Virus record (IMG/VR): IMGVR_UViG_3300023172_000016
Location: 26,914 to 90,913 of that record
Reading direction: 5' to 3' (one strand)
From: a virus
Length of the DNA: 64,000 nt
Of the stretch, positions 57,981 through 64,000 are shown one piece after another. Below the pieces are notes generated by a model. The model saw nothing but the letters and a program-made list of their open reading frames with translations, was not told the origin of the DNA and searched no databases. Position numbers and translations under genes: made by a program. How positions within the stretch are numbered: position 1 is the first letter of the stretch; each line of letters opens with the position of its first letter.

Positions 57981-58226
57981 TTACATAGAAGGCTTTACAA
58001 CCTCACCTTTTTTACCGGTATAGTTGTAATCATTGATAAGCTTATCGTAGCACTTCTTCATCTGATCATCAGTCAAACAATCAACGATGTCATTTAAAAC
58101 TCTTTGATCGTTTCCTGAAGCAGCTACCAAAAGGTCCTTCATATGTTGTTTCAAATCGTCCTCACCATACATTGGTTGGCCGTATTTCATTTCATTAATC
58201 TTGGTTAAATCTGAGAACTTTTTCAT
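57981..58226 (-). CDS. hypothetical protein (possible internal virion protein)
   Basis: MKKFSDLTKINE; GATATATA upstream. Confidence 0.65.
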   Translation of the reverse strand: MKKFSDLTKINEMKYGQPMYGEDDLKQHMKDLLVAASGNDQRVLNDIVDCLTDDQMKKCYDKLINDYNYTGKKGEVVKPSM

Positions 58227-58255
58227 GTCTTAGTATTTTTTGTATTCTATATATC

Positions 58256-58816
58256 TTATCTTTCCTTGCCAATTTCAAGATTGAGTCCCAAATAGTTACA
58301 TTTGAATCCAACGTTGAAAGTGTAAACCGATGGGGTGTTCTGGGTGTAATTTAAATTTAGCTCAGAGAATGAAGTTAGTGTTACTTCCTTAAACATTACA
58401 GTGGAAATAATGTTACCCTCATTATCCAGAGTTCTAAGAGGTAAATTCTGAATATAGGTTCCAGGATTCTTAAAATCCAAATAGCTTAATACTGTCTCAA
58501 GCATTATAAAATAGTTTATAAACCCTTCCGCTATTCTAAACGATATCTGAAACTCTCTATTGAAAAGATCTTGAACCGGAGTAGCACTTTGGTAATTGAT
58601 CCTTTTACCCAAGGTTCTTACCTGCTCAGACTGATCCATACTCATTGAAGGAAAAGTAACACTCTGTATAGTACTGTTCATGTATGAGGTCAGCGTATCA
58701 TATGGAGTAGGCTGTTTCTTTAGATAGTCGATATATTTTTGATGCACGACATCTGGAAAGAATCCCTTGGGAAAAACAAAATAAAAGCTGTTAGCCCTTG
58801 CGTTTAATATGCTCAT
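58256..58816 (-). CDS. probable tail tube/terminator-type structural protein
   Basis: 186 aa, beta-rich (IQSVTFPS...FQISF...FNVGF), within the structural region. Confidence 0.45.
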   Translation of the reverse strand: MSILNARANSFYFVFPKGFFPDVVHQKYIDYLKKQPTPYDTLTSYMNSTIQSVTFPSMSMDQSEQVRTLGKRINYQSATPVQDLFNREFQISFRIAEGFINYFIMLETVLSYLDFKNPGTYIQNLPLRTLDNEGNIISTVMFKEVTLTSFSELNLNYTQNTPSVYTFNVGFKCNYLGLNLEIGKER

Positions 58817-58982
58817 CTACAGTATTTTTTAAAGGGGACCGAGTATCTTCTTTCCTTAGACTTTCCTATTGCTTTACTTAGGTCATAGTCTCTAAAGTGA
58901 TATAGGCCTTCGCTAAGTTGAGTTACTGTCCCTTCCATAGTATATACCCGACCTTCTCCTGTGTCCATGATATCCTCCACAT

Positions 58983-61457
58983 CTAGATTACAGGAGGGAA
59001 TTGTGGTCCTCGGTTTGGATTTCCGCTGTCCCCTCCGGTTTGATTCGAAGAGGATCCTTTATTAGCTGCGGATCCACCATTAGTTCTTCCCGCAGATGTG
59101 TCTCCATAGCTTAAAATCAAAGCTAAGTCATCCCTGCCAAATATTCCAGCTACCGCATTTGTAAATTCTTCTTTTGTAATACCACTGTAAAGCTTATATC
59201 CCACCGAGGATGGATCAAGGAAATACGAAAGAATTTCTGGAGTAGACCAACCAAGTTCTACCTTTCCTTGCACATCCGAAGCAATAGCTTGTCTACGTTG
59301 AACAGGATTCAAATTGCCATAATCTTGGCTAGATACGCTATTCGTAGAAGTGGTAGCTGGCGTATTAGCCTGTCCACTTCCTGAAGCTGATCCATAAACT
59401 TGCCAAGAACTCTTTGATGTTGTTTTAGTTGTTTGTGTTTGTGTTGGGAATAAATCTAGTATAGTTGGAGTTTCCGTAGTAGCTGTGGATGTAAGGACAC
59501 CAGTATCCCCGGTACTAGGAATAGAGTCACCTTCAGCAACCCAATTACCCCAATATAAAACCGAAGAAGATTTAGCAGATATCCTCGAGGTTCCAACTTT
59601 TAAGGCAGACTCCTGTTCGGATATTATTGCCTCTTGTGCTCTTATCTCAGTTATAGAATCATTCAAAGAGAAAGATCTAGCTGCAAGCTTTCTAGCCGCT
59701 CCTCTTATCCTAGAAAATCCAGTCTTTTCTGTGTTTGAGTTAGCCTCAATTGGACGATTGGAAATATAGAATTTCTTATTGTTAAATTGAAGTATTTTTG
59801 TTGCAAGTGTCTCATCAACTTTAAATGCAATTTCTCCTTTTGCAGGCTTAGCAATATTGTTATCCACTATCGAAGGTGCACTGACCTTTTTGTTTTGATT
59901 GTCTACAAAAACCATAGAATATTCTCCAGATGAAGATAGGTCTATATTCCTAGTTGTTCCGTCAGTAGCTTTTTGGAAAAATGTAAACTTGAAATAATTA
60001 TCAAAAGGACTTATCTCTATATAGGCCTTACCCATTCCATAAGAAAGAGAAGCTGTAGCAGTTGTTTGGTTTCCAGTATCCTCTCTCAGGGTGGTTCCAC
60101 TAACTACAAGATTAGTGAGGGATGTATTTACTAGGGTTCTTTCAATAAAGACATTTGAAAATTTAGTTATTTCCTTCGGACTAATTTGATTAGAAGGTAT
60201 TGTTAGGTTAGTTGATCCAGCTACCTTATTGTATATTTTCTGTTGCTGAGGAAGTACCTGGAGTTGCAATGGCTGAATTTGAGCTCCATACCTACTCACA
60301 TCGCTTGAAGTGTACGTAGCAATTCTTATCAGTCTAGATTGATCTTTGTTATTTACTAAGGTCATAGTGTACCTTAAAGTAAATGAGGAAGCTACAGAGG
60401 GATATCTAACTATAGGTCTTAGCAAATTAGGTACATCATAAGCAGTAGTTTGGATATTACTAAAGTTAGATGTATTTAGCAAAGCTCCACCAACCTGTTC
60501 AAGGGTTTCTATTGTGTGCTGGAGGTAATAGCTATTTCCTATCGAATTTTGGAAGAGGATAAAATCTTCAGGGAATCCACCATCGTCAGTTGCGAAATAC
60601 TCAAAGTAGTCTCCTTGATCGGAAGGAGCTATATAAGCACCAATGTTTTTAAAAGGATCCGTTGATTCAAGCGAAAGAGCTGCCAACAGATCAGAACCAT
60701 AAGTATCATATCCATTAGTGGTTGTAGTACTTAAAATCTGGTATGCTTTAATTCTTATCGGAGATGCAGTTTGATAACCCCTTCCACTTTTGGAGGTCAA
60801 AGCTGCAAGGGTATTACTTTTATTTGAACCAGATGCTGCACCATACTTATTGTTCATATCAACAAGACTTGGAATTTTCACTTCATAGTACTTGTCGTAT
60901 ATGTTAGATCCTATGGTTACCGGATTAGGATTGAGTGTATAAGTTTGTGATGATCCTTTTGATAACTTAATTTGGGAAAATGTAACATAAGAACCATTAA
61001 CATCCAAATACTGTACTTGGAGTATTAGTCCATCAATATTGTCCAGGTTATATCCAGCAAGAATGTGATATCTAATTGAATCATAAATTACACTGATGTT
61101 GGATGGGAATGCTATCCCCAATTCCGATGTTGGGGTAAGATCAGAATTAAAGTCATTATAAGGAACTATCAAACCAGGATCCAGTGTAACGAACGTATTC
61201 TGGTTTGTTTGTACAACGCTGTTGTTTCTTGTATTCTGAGTTGTAGATTGATCCTGATCCAAATTCATTATTTGGATGTCATCAGAAGGTTGTCCGTTAT
61301 CATCTTCAAGAACACCATTTACCAATTTGTTAAACCCAACAGCAGGAGATCCAGTATTCACAAAGTATGACTCCGGATTAGGTTGGTCAGCATATAGGTA
61401 CTCCATTACCAAATATGGAGCTAACTGTACAAATTTTGATGTCGTTGAAAATGCCAT
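58983..61457 (-). CDS. large virion structural protein
   Basis: 824 aa, S/T/N-rich, within the structural region. Confidence 0.6.
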   Translation of the reverse strand: MAFSTTSKFVQLAPYLVMEYLYADQPNPESYFVNTGSPAVGFNKLVNGVLEDDNGQPSDDIQIMNLDQDQSTTQNTRNNSVVQTNQNTFVTLDPGLIVPYNDFNSDLTPTSELGIAFPSNISVIYDSIRYHILAGYNLDNIDGLILQVQYLDVNGSYVTFSQIKLSKGSSQTYTLNPNPVTIGSNIYDKYYEVKIPSLVDMNNKYGAASGSNKSNTLAALTSKSGRGYQTASPIRIKAYQILSTTTTNGYDTYGSDLLAALSLESTDPFKNIGAYIAPSDQGDYFEYFATDDGGFPEDFILFQNSIGNSYYLQHTIETLEQVGGALLNTSNFSNIQTTAYDVPNLLRPIVRYPSVASSFTLRYTMTLVNNKDQSRLIRIATYTSSDVSRYGAQIQPLQLQVLPQQQKIYNKVAGSTNLTIPSNQISPKEITKFSNVFIERTLVNTSLTNLVVSGTTLREDTGNQTTATASLSYGMGKAYIEISPFDNYFKFTFFQKATDGTTRNIDLSSSGEYSMVFVDNQNKKVSAPSIVDNNIAKPAKGEIAFKVDETLATKILQFNNKKFYISNRPIEANSNTEKTGFSRIRGAARKLAARSFSLNDSITEIRAQEAIISEQESALKVGTSRISAKSSSVLYWGNWVAEGDSIPSTGDTGVLTSTATTETPTILDLFPTQTQTTKTTSKSSWQVYGSASGSGQANTPATTSTNSVSSQDYGNLNPVQRRQAIASDVQGKVELGWSTPEILSYFLDPSSVGYKLYSGITKEEFTNAVAGIFGRDDLALILSYGDTSAGRTNGGSAANKGSSSNQTGGDSGNPNRGPQFPPVI

Positions 61458-61469
61458 TTTTATATTTCT

Positions 61470-62285
61470 TTATTTACCAAATTGCAAGAATTTTGGGGAA
61501 TAGTAAAGGCCAACTCCAATGATTGGGCCAGCTTGATATCCGTCAGTAGCCAAAGACATACCATAACCTACACCTACCCCTATTCCAAAGGGTTTCCTTG
61601 CACCCCTCAAAGCCTTACGTGTACCTGGATCGTCAACCATATCTAAAGCCTGTATATCATTAAATGAAATACCTGGAAAGGATGTGGAAGCTCTCACAAA
61701 AAGTCTACCAGTTTTGGGATCTCTGTATAATCCGGCTACTAAGTCTATCTTCTGTTCAACTGTCATATTCACCGACCCAGGATTTATTAGGGTTATTCCT
61801 TGTCCGTCAAGTACAGTATCAATCATTGTATAAGGGAGCCTTCCTCTTACCCACAATCGGTTAGTTCCGGGCAACGTTGGATTATACGTGAAACCTAAAT
61901 AACTAGTGTCAATACCTATTTCATTTTCAACGGGGATAATGATTGTTGTATCCCTATAAACAACCTGAGTCTCAATTACAATCCCCGGCTTTTTATTCTT
62001 AGCTAATTCTAGTTGCTTAATAAGAAATTCCTGTTCCTCAGAAAGCTCATTATACTTAAGCTGGAAAGCAGATTTTTCAGCAAGAGCGTTTCCAAGTTTG
62101 GACTTTACAGTTCTTACGCTGTCTTGCTGAACCAAAAGATTGTTCATACTTCTCTCAGCTTCTCTTTTGGCATCCTTAGATATACCACATTGTCTTAAAA
62201 GCAAAAAAGCCAGTGCTGCGATCACAGCAACTGGTGTAATTTTGTTGTTCAGCAGGGAGGTTATCTTCGATAGGGTAGCTATCAT
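61470..62285 (-). CDS. membrane-anchored coiled-coil protein (spanin-like?)
   Basis: N-terminal hydrophobic helix, coiled coil, C-terminal GIGVGVGYG beta segment. Confidence 0.5.
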   Translation of the reverse strand: MIATLSKITSLLNNKITPVAVIAALAFLLLRQCGISKDAKREAERSMNNLLVQQDSVRTVKSKLGNALAEKSAFQLKYNELSEEQEFLIKQLELAKNKKPGIVIETQVVYRDTTIIIPVENEIGIDTSYLGFTYNPTLPGTNRLWVRGRLPYTMIDTVLDGQGITLINPGSVNMTVEQKIDLVAGLYRDPKTGRLFVRASTSFPGISFNDIQALDMVDDPGTRKALRGARKPFGIGVGVGYGMSLATDGYQAGPIIGVGLYYSPKFLQFGK

Positions 62286-62518
62286 TTCATATAAATTAAT
62301 TTAAATGGATCGAGCTTACCCTCTCCATATTTTTCTTTTAGCTTTTGAACGAAGGCATGTTCTTCATCCCTAAGTCTTTCAAGCTCCTTCACTAAAGACC
62401 CAGCTTTTATATTTAGAGATTCCATTTCCTCCTGCACAGTTTCTATTTCGGCTCTTACAACAGAAAACCTATCTTTCAAAAAATTAGCTTGATCTTTTTC
62501 TTTTTTCGTTAAATCCAT
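62282..62518 (-). CDS. small coiled-coil protein
   Basis: 78 aa; ...LKEKYGEGKLDP. Confidence 0.6.
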   Translation of the reverse strand: MDLTKKEKDQANFLKDRFSVVRAEIETVQEEMESLNIKAGSLVKELERLRDEEHAFVQKLKEKYGEGKLDPFKLIYMK

Positions 62519-62564
62519 GGTAACTATATTTATCTAAGTTGCAAAATGCTATCTAAATTAAATG

Positions 62565-64000
62565 CTATGGAGATAAACCTCCTCCCCCAAGTCCATCATC
62601 TAAGCCAGATGCAGCCTGATCAACTGAAATGGTATATGTAATCCATCCACACTTATAGTTATCGTCAGAGAACGCCTGGTAGTGCAACTTTGCGCTTACT
62701 ACTGATGGGAAAAACGTTATTCTAATATGTTGGCAACCAGATGTTCCAGCCCCATTATCATTGATATAAACTTTCTGTGGTGATCCAAGGAAACTTGATT
62801 GTTGAACAACCCTAATTCCGCCAAAAGAATAATTTGAGCTATTTAGGAAAAAGTCAAAAGTTCTTGACTCTACACCAGAGCTAAAAAGTCCAGAAGCCCA
62901 CGAATAATTACTTCCAAAGGACAACAAAACTCTATTAGCTTTACCGTTGGCTGAAGGACTTCCGGATGGTGGAGGAGTAATAACACAAACATCATTTGTC
63001 GGATTACCACAAAGTATGTAGCTATCAGACCCATCAGATAAGAAATTCTGAGATGTTGTAGTAATGCCCTTAACAATCTTTAATCCAGTAGCACCAACAG
63101 AGCCAAAAGTAAATTTATTCTGTCTGGAGGAAGTTACAAAACTTTGACCTGTTGTGTTTAGCACCTGTAGCAAATTATTGCTTGTTTCAGACGTAGCTTG
63201 AACACTTACACCATCACCAGATCCAGAAAGGCTTGCTAAAGGAACATAAGGGTTAACTGGTGCAGCAATATATCCAGTACCACCCGGTACAGATAGAACA
63301 ACACTAAAATTGGATGAACTTAAATTTACCTGACTAGAAGTAAAACTAAGCGTGGACGGAGTTGAAAATCCAAATGCTCCACTTGTTCCAGTAGCAGCTG
63401 TAAAATTAGCAGTACTTTGGGAGGATCCAACAATATTTTGACCAGATGTTTGTAAAGTCATAGTTCCACCTGTAGCAGAATATGTTGACGAAAGACCGCT
63501 TTGTAGTCTTATCTCATTTGGAAAATACCATCCATGATTATAAGAAGAACCTGTTTGAGTCCATTTAAAAGATGCAATTCCACCAGGAGTTTGTGTCAAA
63601 AACGTTTTAGCAAATCCAACAATAGGTAAATCTGCTGTTTGCGAAGTATCAGTTGAAACCATAACTTTAGAAAAGTTTGGATTCATGGATGATGTTGCAC
63701 CAACCGCATCAGAAAGCACAAGATCCTTAGTATTCTGACTTCCGTTTATATAGATTGCATTATTTGAGGTAGAATTACCAGGACCAGAAATACCAGTTAT
63801 GGTAGAAAAAACACCGGATGAAAGAAGAGTCTGTCCACTATTGACCCAAGATCCCGAGGTATAAACGTAAACCTGCTGACCTCCAGTAACCCCTATGTTA
63901 ATCCAAATATCACCATTTTGAGATTCAGAATCACTTGGTTCGGTAGAGGAGAAAAACCAATCAGCAGCTCTTTCGCCAGTTGCACCTGCTTCACCATCTC
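62565..64000 (-). CDS. tail fibre-like structural protein, partial (begins beyond right edge)
   Basis: Frame stays open from 63719 to the edge (DGEAGATGERAADW...NGDIWIN); G/S/T-rich. Confidence 0.65.
   Translation of the reverse strand, partial: DGEAGATGERAADWFFSSTEPSDSESQNGDIWINIGVTGGQQVYVYTSGSWVNSGQTLLSSGVFSTITGISGPGNSTSNNAIYINGSQNTKDLVLSDAVGATSSMNPNFSKVMVSTDTSQTADLPIVGFAKTFLTQTPGGIASFKWTQTGSSYNHGWYFPNEIRLQSGLSSTYSATGGTMTLQTSGQNIVGSSQSTANFTAATGTSGAFGFSTPSTLSFTSSQVNLSSSNFSVVLSVPGGTGYIAAPVNPYVPLASLSGSGDGVSVQATSETSNNLLQVLNTTGQSFVTSSRQNKFTFGSVGATGLKIVKGITTTSQNFLSDGSDSYILCGNPTNDVCVITPPPSGSPSANGKANRVLLSFGSNYSWASGLFSSGVESRTFDFFLNSSNYSFGGIRVVQQSSFLGSPQKVYINDNGAGTSGCQHIRITFFPSVVSAKLHYQAFSDDNYKCGWITYTISVDQAASGLDDGLGGGGLSP

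Noticed and set aside
58813-58968. 51-aa minus-strand ORF between structural genes
   Set aside because: It fills the gap plausibly but has no recognisable motif, so I did not call it.

Overview
A 64-kb segment of a large, AT-rich, T4-like (jumbo) bacteriophage genome, almost entirely coded on the minus strand. The host is probably a Bacteroidota member (inferred from TAnnTTTG promoter elements, a 'GEN...ALAA' tmRNA tag and an Hc1-like protein). The left 9 kb hold 13 intact tRNAs, a tmRNA, several tRNA-like or structured RNAs, and glycan-modifying genes inserted between them. The rest encodes T4-type replication and recombination proteins (DNA polymerase B split into two genes, a probable clamp, primase, SSB, Dda, UvsW, UvsY-like, RuvC-like, two-subunit topoisomerase II), nucleotide metabolism (NrdAB, dUTPase, Adk), repair (UvsE, MBD4-like), proteostasis (ClpP, DnaJ, Hsp20, Trx), a RuBisCO-like-protein sugar-nucleotide cluster, and the start of a structural module. 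The best novel candidate is an unannotated 26-codon leader peptide with attenuator architecture upstream of the tmRNA/tRNA array; its codons cover every intact phage tRNA in the window, which suggests a sensor of tRNA availability. Other candidates are repeated TACAGCAA stem RNAs beside a Ro60/TROVE-like gene and a T4-type capsid-targeting motif on many enzymes and hypothetical proteins. All assignments come from reading motifs by eye; no database searches or folding calculations were run.
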